This document shows, piece after piece, positions 38,471 through 52,400 of a DNA stretch of 64,000 nt (within the stretch, counting starts at the first letter, position 1; each line of letters starts with the position of its first letter). The position numbers were made by a program, and so were the translations under genes. The notes below the pieces were generated by a model. That model was not told the DNA's origin. It saw nothing but the letters and a program-made list of their open reading frames with translations, and did no database searches. Location of the stretch: NCBI GenBank assembly GCA_950097015.1, contig CATNEN010000001.1, positions 18,042,001 through 18,106,000 on the forward strand, in the 5' to 3' direction. The DNA comes from Macrostomum hystrix. Taxonomy: Eukaryota; Animalia; Platyhelminthes.

Positions 38471-41400
38471 ATGTCCGACCAGGAGGGTGAGGTCGTCGAG
38501 GAAATCGGCGCCCCCCGCCCAACAAGAGGCAGGGCCGTCTCCGCAGAGAGGTGCTGGGAAAGGCGGCCTCTGCCCGCGCCCGCAGCCACTGACACGCCTA
38601 GAACGGATCCTTGGAAGGTCCATCAGCACCTCCTTGCGGTACTGCAGTCAGTAAGGTCCGACTTACAGTCGCTGGGCAGTTCAGTCCCCTCCCCAGCGTT
38701 GAAACACTCAGTCGCCACCCAGACAGAGGGCGAACGCTCGCCGGTGGCTAAACCCTTCGACCGGGACAGATCCGACATCGCCTCCTGGATGCTCCGGCTG
38801 GAGGCAAAGTTCCAGTTCGAGGAGGTCAGCGATGACCGGGCGAGGAGCGTGATCTGTTACGGTCTGCTTCCGGAGGAAATGCAGTTGGAGTGCCTCCTGG
38901 CCATCGACTTCGATGCGCCTTTTCAACACCTTTTCAACAGTAGGCTGCTGGATGGCTGCCTAGACTCCAGATTGCCGTGCACCAAGAGGCGGACGGTGGA
39001 AAGCCAGCAGCCGCGGCCAGGCGAAACTCCTGGGGTGTCCCTAGTCCGGATGAGAAAACTTGTCGAATGGGCCTACGCCGATCAGCCGGAAGCCTGGCGG
39101 CAGGCGGAGCTCAAAAAGCTCTAACTGCAGAATGGGCAATTCGACCGGAGCTTCGCCTTCGAGGCTTTCTTGGCAAAGGGCTGGACGGCGGAGGACACGG
39201 TGTTCGAGCAGAGGCGAGCTGAGGAGGCTAACCGCGTCGCGCATGAGATCGAGCGCGAGCGACGGAGCTCGGCCGTGGAGGATACCTCGGGATACCAGAG
39301 CGGCGCACCCCCGGTGGACAGTTCGCCCAAGGCCGTGGTCAGAACGGCAACCGCCGAGCGCGGCCCCGTAGAGTTTCCCAACTGCGTGGACAAGGTGGAG
39401 GTGGGGTCTCAGCTGCAAGCCGAACAGAGGGCGCAACTAGAGGATCTGCTGCGCGCTAATGCCGACCTTTTTGCCGATCAGGAGGAGGGCTTGACGGTCA
39501 CCGACGTGGTGCGGCATGAGATCACGCTGACCGACCCGCGGCCCGTGAAGTCGGCGCGGCGGAGGATCCCTCAGGCCTACCTTGAGGAGGTACAGCAGAT
39601 GGCCAGGGACTGGCTGGAGACCGGTAAGGTCAGTCGCTCATCCAGCCCGTACTGTTCGCCATTGGTGCTGGTGAAAAAGAAAGATGGTTCGCTACGTGTG
39701 TGCATCGATTACCGTGAGCTCAACGAGCGCAGCGTGTCCGAAGTCACGCCGTTGCCGCGCATTGATGAGCTGCTGGCATCCTTACACGGTTCATCGTACT
39801 TTACCACCTTAGATCTCCGCAGTGGGTACCATCAGGTGCCCATGAAGGAGGCGTGCAAGCAGTGTACTGCGTTCGCTGTCCCCGGCGTAGGGCTGTCACA
39901 GTGGAACGTAATGCCGTTCAGGTTGAAGGGCGCGCCGAGCACCTTCTCACGACTGATGAATGTGGTGCTGGCGGACGTACCGCAGCATGAGGCCATGGCG
40001 TATATCGATGACGTCATTGTACATTCCGCCACCTTTGAGCAGCACCTGGTCCGGCTCCAAAAGACCTTTGTTCGGCTTCGGGCTGCCAACCTGAAAATGA
40101 AGCCGTCCAAATGTTTCCTCGCGCAACCGGAAATATCTTTCCTTGGTCACACCGTGTCGGGCAGCGGCCTCGCGACTGACCCGCACAAGACGTGTGCGCT
40201 GTCTACATGGCCGCGGCCGCGCACTGCCACTAATGTCAGGTCATTTTTAGGCGCGGTAGGCTACTATCAAGAATTCGTGCCAGATTACAGCCGCCTCTCA
40301 GCCCCGTTGTGCGAGCTCACGAAGAAGGGCCTCACCGAACGTGACGCCCCTCTGGAACGATAACCATGAAGCCGCCTTCGAGGAGCTGAAGACACGAATG
40401 GTAGAAGCCCCCGTGCTGGCTCACCCCAGTTTTGTTGTAGGCGCAGGAAGATTCATCCTCGATTGCGATGCTAGCCTGGACTCCTTGGGCGCCGTGCTGA
40501 GTCAAGAGCAGCCTGACGGCACGGAAAGAGTCCTGGCTTACGACAGCAAGGTTTTGACCGCCGCGCAACGCAACTACTGCGTCACCAAACTGGAGATGAT
40601 GAGCCTGGTCTATTTCACCAGAAAGTACCGGTACTACATGTTGGGCCGCCGGTTCTTGGTCCGAACCGACCATAGCTCCCTCCAGTGGTTCAGGAGTTTC
40701 AAGGAGCCTACCGGTATGTACGCGCGATGGGTGCAACACTTGTCGCTGTACGAGTTCGACTTGGAGTACCGGAAGGGCAGCCTCCACACCAACGCCGATG
40801 CGCTGAGCCGTCGACCCAGGCAGAGGCACGGCGATTGCCCCACTTGTCGGCCGCTGGAACCCGACAGCGAAGAGGATAGCGACGACGATGGGGTGGTGGT
40901 CAACGTGGTTGCAGCGAAAGCGAGGAGGGACCCGCCTCTGCCGCGCGAGGAGCTGTTGGCCCAGCAGGCTGCTGAACCGTTGATTCATTGTGTGGTGCAG
41001 GCCAAGACCCGCGGCCTGGCTGCTCCTGACCCGGCCACAGTCCCGGAGTTGTCCGCCTCCGATAAGGTCGCGCTGAAAAAGATCGTGCCCTTCTGGGACC
41101 TCCTAAGGGTAGAGGAGCAATTGTTAAAGATCCAGTTGCACGCTCCTCCCCTACCGCCACGGTGGGTGCTTCCGGCGAGCAGGCCTTCCGGGCGTGCCAC
41201 AACGGAGACCTGGCCGGGCACTTCGGACGCCAGAAAACCCTCGCGCGCATCGAACAGCGGTTCTGGAGGCCGGGTCTTCGCGCATCGATGGTGAGACTGT
41301 GTGCGCAATGCCATGTGTGCTTGTGCAGTAAGAAGGGCCGCAGAACTCGAGCCCCGCCGCAGGCATGGGAGAAGAGTCCGAAGTTCTCTATAATCCACCT

Positions 41401-42329
41401 GGACTTCGTCGGCCCCCTGGGTCGGGGAGGTCAGAGCGTCCTCACCATCGTGGACAGCTACTCAGGTTGGATCGAGGCTTTCCCGGTGGTCAGCCAGACG
41501 GCTCTGGCAGTCACTCGGATCCTGGTCAGGGAATTCATCCCCAGGTTCGGTGTGCCCGACTGGATCCATAGTGATCAAGGGGCGCAGTTTGAGTCGAGAC
41601 ATTTTCGCGAGTTCTGCCAGAAGCTGGGCATCCGCAAATCTCGCACCACGCCCTACCACCCCCAAGGCAACGGGATGGCGGAGAGTCAGCACCGCACCCT
41701 GAAGACCTTGCTGACCGCGGCAGTGGGTCGCAACCCGGAGGGGTGGAAGTCTCATCTGGCTACCTGCCATGCGGCCATGAGGTCCGCCCAGCACACTCGG
41801 ACCGGGTTCTCGCCGTTCTTCCTAGTGCACGGGCAGGAAGCCAGGCTGCCTGTGGATGTGGCTCTTGCCGCGCCGGCCGAGGTACCCAGGCCGCACCAGT
41901 ACGTGGATCAGCTCCTGCAGACCATGGAGAAGGCGCAGGTGCAGCTGCAGGAGCAGTTTAATCAGAAGCTCCAGGCGCAGGCTCGAATGGAGGACAGACG
42001 AAGGAAGACGGAGCTTGAGGTGGGAGCAGTAGTGTACCTGGCCCGCCACCATATCGAGGGCTGGGAGATCCCGAAATTTCACCAGGCCTACTCGGGACCA
42101 TGGAGGGTGGTCGCTAAGCCGGGTGTCGATCTACGACATCGCGCCAGTAGTTCCACAGCCCGGTCGACAGCAGACCTACCGGGTGCACCGTGACAATCTG
42201 CGGGCCGTCCCTAAGGAGGCTGGGGAGGTCGAGCCAGTCCATGTGGCTCAGGAAGACCGGACTAGGCAAGAGCGATGTCGACCGGGCCGTCCGCCGGTAA
42301 GACCGAGGCCAGCATCACCTCCGCGGTGA
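38471..42329 (+). pseudogene. Gag-like + RT + RNase H + integrase polyprotein of A (in-frame stop 39122; frameshifts ~40335, ~41175, ~42125)
   Basis: WMLRLEAKF gag-like, LRVCIDYRELN, LDLRSGYHQV, YIDD, CDAS..TDH..NADALSR, HHCC, LDFVGP/SDQG/GMAE, YSGPW; no protease motif. Confidence 0.9.
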
Positions 42330-43409
42330 ATGGTGCAGTTGGAGGTCGGCCCGGACAGCGAGTGGAGTGACGACTCCTCCGACTCAGGAGACTATTGGGC
42401 CGACGCAGAAGAGCCCCCGCAACCAATAGTCGACGAGGGGCCGCGAGTGCTCCGTCCTCGGGAAGGTATCCGACCCCCCGAGCGCTGGGGCTATGCCAGG
42501 AGGATCTGCCTCTGTGGTTCCGAGGGCGGTTCCGAGTCCTGGGGTACCTCGAGCGATGATGACCCGGACTGAGGGCAGGTAGAGCCCGGCTGCGCGCGCC
42601 CAGGTGCACCCACGCGATCGTGTTAGGGGACAAAGTCCTCCTCCGAATCATTTCTCTTAGCGAAGCTACATTTTTCCTTAACTGTTCGTTGTTTTTCTCT
42701 TTTTCATCTAAAGCCATCTTGGCGCCAAAGTCCTCTTAAAAATTATTATAATTTAGCCAAAATCACAAAAACATACATAGTGGGGTGAAACTCCCCTGGT
42801 AGAGTTTTCGTAGGGGATGTCCTCTAATTGCAGCAAACTAGGATGTGCACCTTCTCTTTCTCAACATTCAACCTTATTTGCACTGCTTCATGAATGGCAC
42901 TTGTTATCTCTCGTTCCTTGCATGGGTTTTCGGGAGTTTAGCTTATGTCGGCTTCTATCTTAGGAGGGATACCAACCCGCCAAAGTGAGCGGGGTGGTAT
43001 GCATATGGGAATTCAATGTTTGATTAGAAGTTGGCGGTAGCAAATCAAGAGGCCGACAGGGTCACCTAGCTGAAATCTGTGTGAGACGATCTGTTATTTC
43101 CACGGACCGCAGATTTCGAACAATGTGGGCTCTTTATCCTCTGGGAATATAAAAAAAGAAAACCATATTTCGGGGAAGTAGTATTTGCTTGCTTTGTTCA
43201 TGGTGGGCACCGGAGTCGGGGTTTCGCAATAGATCGTACCTGGTTGGGAGCCTAGGCCTACTGCAAATGTAGATTAGCAGTCAGAATTGATTTTGCTATT
43301 TTAGTCGCCAGGCGGAAAAATTTGAGCGGCATAAATTAGAAAATAATTTCAATAAAAAGACAGCAAGGAGTTAATCAGTATTCAGACAGATGGTGTTCAT
43401 GGCCCTTGA

Positions 43410-46400
43410 TCAGTGGAGATCAATCTGATCAGAGAACTTGATCAGAGCCGCACCGGTGAGGGTGGCCATGCTGGCCACCACCGCCAGGTGATGTGGAGTG
43501 TGCTGCGGGAATCGAGTGGGAATGTGAGCCAGCATAATTTTTTCAAATTTTTAAGTAACTAATAATTGCGACCCACATAGCAGCTGGCCACAAAACAAGA
43601 TCATTAATCTTAGGGCCGGGTTTGAGGCGGCGGTGAATCAAGTAGCTGTCGAATCCTCTCTCTCCGGAGTTGTCTAGACTCCCCGTAGGAATGACTGATC
43701 GCGGCCATAATGTTACTGTATGAACTAGTTTAGGTCATAATTCCCCTCCAAACCGCGATCAGATATAGGGGCTCACTCACGCGTTATGAGTGATCGTAAA
43801 ATTCTTCATGTCCCCGCTTCTTTACAGTATTCGAGCCCAGCTCGACTTTATGACCTCCTTCCTTTAGATACATGTAAATACCACTGTAGGCAGGTCGGCG
43901 CCTGCGCTTCCATTGTCCCGGCGGAGTAACAATCGCTGGCTGACTGCCGACGGCTGTTCGCGCAGAACATCTGTCGTTTCCCGCCGCCGGTTCATTGGGC
44001 AATTGGGGCGGCAATCGCCGCTTCAATTCCTCGATGACAGGCTGGCGCGAATGTGGGTTGCTTTGATGGATGTCGGGGTTGGCGTGCTGCAAAGCCTATT
44101 TAAGCAAGCGCGCGGCGCTGCTCCCTCTAGGACCTCTTTTCTCCCACCGGCTCTTCCCCTTCTCCCCTGCCGGACTTACTTTTGCCGGGCCGGACTCCCA
44201 CCGGACCCAGGACTTATCCCCCAGACCCATTTAGGGCATAGACCCTAGAGCTCATAGCTCCACAGCTAGCGCAGGCCCATTGCCTGTCCCCATTCCCCCT
44301 GAGCGCGAGCCACCTCTTTAGGTGAGCTGCTAAATTGAGCTTTGAGCTCCAAGCGTGTTGGCCCCCTTGCCGACTCGCAGCATCTTTCCCTTCCCGGCTT
44401 TTGCTATCTTACCCCATCCTCTTCCCCGCGAACAACGGGATTGCAGCACGCGGCCGAAGCGACTCCAGATAAGTAATCCGCGCAGCGGTTTGTAATTATT
44501 GCTCCTAAGGGGCTTTCTATTAGTTAGGCGGCATTTTAGTGGGAGGGAAGCTAGGGATTGTTTCGCCTAATAAACTATCCAATCTAAGCACTTTTAACTT
44601 ATCGGGCTTAACTTTATAACAATTTAATTTCTTTCATTATGTCTCCTTTTCACCTTTATTTTAACCTTAGACAGCCCTCTACCATGAGTGGCTAATCTAT
44701 TAGGGGAATGGGCTCTGGCACAGCCGAGCTGAAAGCTGCGGCAGGAAGGCAATTGTAAGCGCGTATGAGAGCAATAGGGAGCTAGGGATTTGCAAGTAAA
44801 ATGCGGAGTGTAGCGCGTGTTGTCTTTCTGCCCAGGGGTGGGGAATTCCCTGGCGGGTTTTCCTCGTTTTCTGGCGGAACTGGGAATGCGTGTCAAGCTC
44901 CCCTGCCAATTGAGCTTCCCTTCCGTTCCCCCTCTCGCTTCCACCGCCAGGGAAGTGGGGGGTGATGATCTTTTAATCTTACGCTCGCATAATCACTCAG
45001 CCAGTGTTCAGCTTAACCTCTCCTGCCTCTGTTTTCCTCAACTCACACAGACCGGATTGCTAGTTACCTAATGTGTAGGCTGCAGTCTAATGTACCGAAT
45101 GTGTCTGATGTTTCATGAGTAGGACTCTGGCTATGGATTTCTCTTTCGGGTTCGGAGTACCACCTTTCTAGACCACTGTAGCGCAAATTCAGGAATCCCC
45201 TGGTGAGGCGTGTCTCGATCCATTCTGGGGTCTTCACCCTAGTCTAAAACGGAAGTTACAGAAGGCTCTATTTTTTTCGGCTTGTCTAAGATCTGTGTGA
45301 CAAACTAGGAGCCGCGAGCTCCGGGGACCCAAGTTCCCAAATGTCTGCGGTGGCAACGTAGGCGCATTGGGTGGTGGCGCTACCCTAGATCATTTTCCGC
45401 TTTGCCGATAGCCTTTCCGCATTTCTAAGACAAGAGCCTAGGCCGAGTCGACCACTGCTACCAAGTTTAGGAGTCAGTTACGAACATGCTACTGATGACA
45501 GTAGGCTACCTAGCCCTGTCCTATCCGCTTGCGGGTAGTCCGACATCTATTTAGACTTTTAGCCGGTTTCGAGCACTGCTTGGGGTAGGCACGGCAGTCA
45601 TGCCTGTGGCCTATGGGTTGAGTGGGACTGGCCAGCCTGAGGCCGAGAGGACCACTCCCTGCATCCACTGTCTCTCCCTTCATCTCTCCCTTCATCCCTC
45701 TTTCCGCGGCAACTCGCGAACCTTTGCGGTATGACTTCCGACTCTATCGCCATCCCCACACTCCTTTCCTTCACGAGGACAGATCATCGGATTGCAAACC
45801 CGCAGCTATTTCAATGGTGGCATCGAGGTGGGATCTAGAAAGGGCGCGAAACGAACTTGAAATTTCAATTGTTAGCTTAGCGCTGCAGATTTCTGTAGTA
45901 GCTAGCCGAAAGGGCTCCTTCTAGATTTCATTTTCCGTATGCCGAAATCTTATCTCTGGAGACTGGACTTCAGTTCCGAGTAACTGTCAATTAATTTTCT
46001 TTGAACAGTTTCAATTTGATTCGGACTTTAATGTAAGGTTTTGTTAGAGTTTCTAAAAATTCTGATTAGTGACTTTCTACTATGAGTAGGCTGTGTGAGT
46101 GGACTTCATGCTAGAGTGTCTTCGGGTTATGTGGCTACTGCAGGAGTCGGGGACTGTCTGCGGGGTTTTCCTGCGTGATTGTTCTAGGCGAGGGTAATCT
46201 AAACGGAGTAACCGGGCTCTGAGCCACGGACCCCTAAGCCGAAGCGAGGCTCCAGAGGAGAAATACCTGGACTTCCCAGCCTTGTGAATCGCAGAGGCGA
46301 AGCCCCTGGCCACCCCCCAGGAAGGGCCCTCTGAGCGAATCGGGGATTAGCCTTTCCTTGGGCGTCGCGCAAGGCCCGTTTTCATGTTCCTGATTCTGAA

Positions 46401-49400
46401 GGTGCCACATAACTTTGACTAAGTCTAACTTAGGGGCGGAATAGTTAAGGGTCGGGACCCCGAGGGAGTCTAAGGACGCCCGTGCCCGCGCCCTGAAACT
46501 GCCGACCTTGGGGATAGGCTAGAAATCGGTCGGCATGTCCTTTTCTAAGAAGCTCTCTGAAGGGTAGTCTAAACGCAGTAACCGGGCTTTTGCCCTACGG
46601 ACTCCTAAGCCGAAGCGAGGCTCCAGATGTAAAATACCTGGACTTCCCAGCCTTGTAAATCGCAGAGGCGAAGCCCCTGGCCACCCCCCCAGGAAGGGCC
46701 CTCTGAGCGAATCGGGGATTAGCCTTCTTTGAGTAACTTATTGAAGTCGTGTACTTTCCAAGGTAGGGCGATAGGCTGCTGCAGGCGCAAGCTTGCAGTA
46801 GTACTGGCCCCGCCGTACCTATAGTGTAACAGTCCGCTATAGGGTTGCTGAATGAGTGCTAAGTTAAAACCTAGACTCCTATGTCCCAAGTTCGAGTGCG
46901 CGCAAGCAGTTGTCGGAAGCCAAGGCTGGAAGTAGAGCTAGCCAGGGCCCCGGGCCCTTTTTCTCTCCTATCAGTTTTTCATTTATCGCTTTATCGGCCG
47001 CTGCATCGCAGTCTTTGTTCGCTAGGGCCGGGTTTTTCAATTGCTTATTCTCCGCGGCCACTGCCGTGTGCAGCACCCCGCTTAGCCCACTTTTTCTCAT
47101 CCCCAGTGTTGCTTTAGCGACAAACCCCCTCTTAACTCGCAAAATCCTCATTCCCTCTGTGGCCAACATGTCTGACCAGGAGGATGAGGTGGTGGAGGCC
47201 GTTGGCAGTGCCCGTCCACCCAGAGGCCGCGCTGCGGCAGCAGCGCGAGCCGAACCCCCAGCAACTGCGGCAGCCCAGCCGGCAGACCCAGTGGAGCGCT
47301 TAGCCTCCCTGATGGAGCGTTTAGAGCCGCGACGGGCTAGGACCCACCGAGTAAAAATTGCTTTAGAACCGTTCGAGTCGGCGAAGGACTCTTCCCCGCT
47401 GGCTGCGCAGGTTTAATTTGAAGGTCGAGGCCGAGGGTCTTGAGACGGAGGAGGAGAAAATCCTCACCCTCCTGGCTCACTTAGGGGGCGAACCCTTGAC
47501 CCAGGCCATGAGCCTGCCGCGCCGAGTGACCTACCCGCGGTTTGTGCAAGACCTGACCGAGGCCCTCAGCGGCGCCTGCACACCCTATGCCCGGCTCCTT
47601 AGCGGGCGCAACCTTAAGCAGGACAGAGGCGAGTCATACGCCTCGTTCGCTGACCGCCTGCGATCTGTGGCCACCCAGGTCAACCCCAATGGCCGCGGCC
47701 CACCCTTTGAACAAGCCCTCCTGGCCTCCTTCCTAGAAGGTATCACGGCCCCCCCGGAGGTGTTGGCGCCCATGATGCGGATAGAATTCGCCACGGTAGA
47801 GGCGGCTGCCGCTGAGCTGCGCGCCGCCACCCAGGCATTTGAGATGGCCGCTGAGCGCGACCCCCGACGCCGAGTGCGCCAGGTCAGGGCCGGGCTAGCC
47901 GAGGAGCAAGAACCCCCCGGCGAGATTCAAGCCGTCCGCCGTGAGCAGCAGCACTTGGCCCAGGAACTGGCCAAAGTTTCCCAGCAGCTCGCGGAAGTCA
48001 CGCGGCAGCTGCGCGAATCACAGCCAACCCCGGCCCGCCCGCCCCATCCGCACCTGCCCGGGCACCAGTGGTACCCCAGGGTAGCAACGGGGCCGCGGAA
48101 GAAGTACCGTGGGAACTATGCCGCGGGAAACGGGAGTGGGGCCGCCGACTGGAGGCAGCCAGACTATCCGGATGCGCCCCACGCAGCTCGGGCGATCGAG
48201 GCCCCCCCCACTGATGCCTCCCTCATCAAAGTCCGAGTGAATTCACTCGGCCGAGTCCCCGCCCGAGTGCGCACCCGCCCCAACCGCTCTGAGAAGCTTA
48301 GTGAGGTGTGGGTCGCCTTGGAGGTGGACGGGACACCCCTCGACCTGTTGATCGACACTGGATCTATGGTCAATGTGCTCCCGGACTCGCTATCATCCAT
48401 CATCCGACAGTTCCCATTCGAACCCCCTCAATTTTCACTAATTGCGTACAATGGCACACCAATTGTTGCACTCGCGCAGGTCAGGATCAAATTACAGGTT
48501 GGCGCCGAAGCACTGGATACTCTATTCCTTGTGGTCGAGGGCGACTGCTCCCCCCTGCTAGGCGCCTCCTGGTTGGCTCACCATCACGCCATTCTCGATT
48601 TTGACTCGCGAAATCTAATAATCTACAGCCAATCCATCCCTTTCTCGCTCAGGCGGAAGCCTGCCTTTTAGGGCTGAGGAACTCCCCTCCCCTTTCCTTC
48701 CCCCCCTCTCCCCCCCTTGGGGATATTTAGACTGGAGGTTAGTGGAGGAGCCGGGAAGTTTAGAAGGGACGCAGTCAGTTCATTTTAACAAAGATTGTCG
48801 ACATGGCTGGCCTGAGCATCACTGTGGCCTGGTGGCTGGAGACGGTCGCCACCGACTATCGGCGAGAGTTGGCCGGCAGGAGTACCTGGATTATGGTCCG
48901 CCTGTGGCTACTCCCTGCGTTGGGCCGTGCGGCACAGGCCGGAATCGATCTCGCCCTGGCATGCAGGCTAGCCGAAGCCCGGTGGTTGGCGCAGGCATGG
49001 GTCGAGGAACGGGACCCGAGCCCGCCAAGAGGTGAGGACGAGGAGACCCTGCCTTGGAATCTCCGGTGGCCGCATTACTGTCCGCCAGAAGACTGGGGCA
49101 TGGCAGTGCCCGAAGCCCTCATGTCCTGGCTACAGGCTACCCGGATACCTGGCAGGTGGGATCTCGAGCACCAGCTGGTGGGAGAGCTAGTTGGCGAAGC
49201 CGTCTGGAGGCAATCTTCCGGGCTAGCCTCCACGCCATGGAGAAGCTGGGCGGTAGAGGCATCAACCATCGAGGAGACGCCACCAGGCGACAGCACGCTC
49301 GGCCAAATGGTAAGGCAGATGGAAGGGGAAGATGATGGTGAGAGCCTGGTAGGGAGTACTCCCATCAAGAATGGAGGCGAGGAATAGGGGCCCAGGATCC

Positions 49401-52400
49401 GAGTAAGGGCACGATAATGCGCGAAAAGCATCCATGGTAAGCCCTACCCACTGAGTTGTTCCTTCGTTCCCCTCGTCCTTTTTCCCTCTATTAATCATTC
49501 GCACTATGCACCTTTTGCTCTCTTCCTATTGTGCATACCTTCCTTTCTTTCATTTAAAGCCGTCTTGGCACAAAAGTCTTATTCTAAAAACTCTTATAAT
49601 TTTTAGTCAAAAACCCAAAAACATACATAGTGGGGCGAAACTCCCCTGGTAAACTTTTCGCTTGAGATAATTTCTAACTGCAGCAGTCTAGGGCGTGCAC
49701 CCCTCTTTTCTCAAACATTTAATATTACCCGCACCACATTTTAAACAGCACCCTCTATATCGCTTTGTTTCGGGTAGGCCCGGGAGTTGGTTCATCTGGG
49801 GACAGATTTCTATATTAGGAGGGATACCAACCCGCCAAAGTGAGCGGGGTGGTATGATGGGCACTCTAAGTTTGGAGTGGGGTGGGTGATTGAACAAGGA
49901 CTGGCAGGCTTTTAGCTCAGGTTGAGAGGAGTTTTCTTATTGGTTTAGAAGGCAGTGGGCATTTCAATGGTGGCTCCTTTTCTAAGGGAGGTGAGAAGTG
50001 ACTGTGAGGCACCGCGAAAAGGACAGGGTTGTTTACGTAGATGGATCAACTGGATTGCGGGCGCCTAAACAAGCCTTTCTGTTGTGATTTTTCAATTTAG
50101 TTCCATGTTCACCTTACTATTATTGAGGAAGCACATTTTAGTGGTAGATTTGGAATGACGCGTTGTCCTTTAGAATTTTCTAGCATCGTTCTTTTAAAGG
50201 AAGAAGGCCTAGCGAGAGAAATCATGTAAACGGCACATAGCATGTTCGGAATAAGAGTAATTTATTAATAGTAAAGGTAATTAGTAAGTAATTAGTGGTC
50301 TATTTACAATTTATATACAAGCAAGCAAAACATGCATCAAAAAAAAATAAGCAAAGGAAGGGTAGGGGAAATAAAAATTGGGATTATATACAGTGGCTCT
50401 GGGGTCAATGTCTTTGTAAAAAAAACCCCAGAGCCCGTCCTTTTCGGCCTCTCTTTTCCTTCAACGGCGCTGGCGGAGGCAGGCGGCCATCAGGGTCCCT
50501 GCGACGGCCAAGAGGCCGGCCGCAGCGATTGGGCCGATCGGTCCCGATAGTATGCTTTCTCCAATGTCGCGCGCGGCCTGCACAAGGTGGCCGGGCGCCA
50601 CGTCAATATCTGTGGAAGATGGAATGGGTTGTTTTATGAAGAAGTGGGTAGTTAAGCAGCTGCGGCTGGGGGTGAATGCAGGGATTCAGTGATTTCGTTC
50701 GAATAATATTTCACTGGTGGCTAATTCAGGATGAGAGGCAAAGTTGGATTACGGCAACTTACTAATAGCAAATTCCACTCGCACTGGCGGCGGCGGCACG
50801 GGAACTCTGAAATATTGAGGGCAGGAATGGCGGCAATCAATCACGACGGCAGCAAATTCACGTAATCTCTGTGCCAAACACACAATTAAGACTTAAGCCA
50901 ATTTATTTCTAATCTAGGTTTTCACTGGAACTTCTCAACTTATCGGGCGGAGGGATGGGGGCTCAGGTTAAGACCTGTCATATATAATAATCAGGCTGGG
51001 GTGCCGGGAACTGCTGTAATTATCCTAGTTAGTCTAATTATTATTCAATCACTTTAATCGCCCCTCAATAACCGGCCTTGGGAGGCCGAGTAGAAGCAAT
51101 AACTCACCTTTCTTCAACAGGCAGCAGCTGGGCCAGGCCCACGGCATCGACCAGCGGCGCAGATGGCTGGGTGGTTACTTTCATGTCGAGAAATTTAGAA
51201 ATTCCTTGATATTTCGATGGTAGGCAGGTCTAATTGTTAGTCAGATAACAGGCGTAAAAGCTAATGGAGCATCAAGTGGTCATTTTTTTATAATAGTTTG
51301 CTTAGGGGTTTTGGTGGCCGGGGCGCCAGCCAATAGGAAGGCTCGGGAAGGATTGTGGGAAATTCCACGAGTAAGGGGGCCATAGTTGTTTAGTTATTGT
51401 AGTTTAGTGGTAGTAGTTTAGTTATTGGGGCCTTGATCTTTTCGGAGGAGGTATCGCGGCCGGCAGCAGCGAAACTGAGCGGCCTGAGCAGCGGTTTTCT
51501 CCGGCTGCGACCAGCTGCAGCACCGATCGGACCGCGCGCAACGGCTCGGCACCCGGCCCGGCGAGCATTTTCGGGCACGGCCAGCTGTGAACACCGACGC
51601 GCGGCGAATCAGAGGCCACCAAGGCCCGGCAACAGGATCGGCAAGGGCGCAAACGGGCTGAACAACCTGGACCCACCTGGGGAGAGCACGGCCGGACCCC
51701 TCGGACTCAAGGCAAGACGGCCGGGGCCTCCCAGGTTTGCGCAACCGAGACCAAGCCGGGCAGGGAGAACTGGGACGAGCTGCAACCACCTGGAGAAGAA
51801 GGCGAGCCGGGACGAGGCACCCCCTGGGCAACGAGAACAACATCGCCGCGACCGGAATGCGCACCCACCTCCCCTCAGGACTCTATCCCTTAGTCGCTAG
51901 GGGCGCCGACCGTTTGTACTCTCGCACCAATCTATTTATAGCCGTACGTACGTACGCATTAGGATTTCTTCTCTAGCGGAATTCTTCCTAGGGTTCTCTA
52001 CGGTATGTTGTAGGTAATTTTTTTTATCCCCTCGATTCTCGAGACACCCCGCTACTACTGTCAGTAGGCACGTAAGTGTCTTACGTGAAAGTGAGCGAAG
52101 GAGGAGTGATGTGGAGTGTGCTGCGGGAATCGAGTGGGAATGTGAGCCAGCATAATTTTTTCAAATTTTTAAGTAACTAATAATTGCGACCCACATAGCA
52201 GCTGGCCACAAAACAAGATCATTAATCTTAGGGCCGGGTTTGAGGCGGCGGTGAATCAAGTAGCTGTCGAATCCTCTCTCTCCGGAGTTGTCTAGACTCC
52301 CCGTAGGAATGACTGATCGCGGCCATAATGTTACTGTATGAACTAGTTTAGGTCATAATTCCCCTCCAAACCGCGATCAGATATAGGGGCTCACTCACGC

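Noticed and set aside
39278-39295. EDTSG as a possible protease active site in element A
   Set aside because: Not D[TS]G in a hydrophobic strand, no downstream ILG/LLG motif, and too little room for a protease
43784-45695. ORFs of 60-110 aa inside LTRs
   Set aside because: Frames not preserved between the diverged LTR copies (33155, 34613, 43913); no motifs
51433-51900. GC-rich ORFs in B's 3' region as env
   Set aside because: No signal peptide, furin site or TM segment; low-complexity Arg/Pro translation
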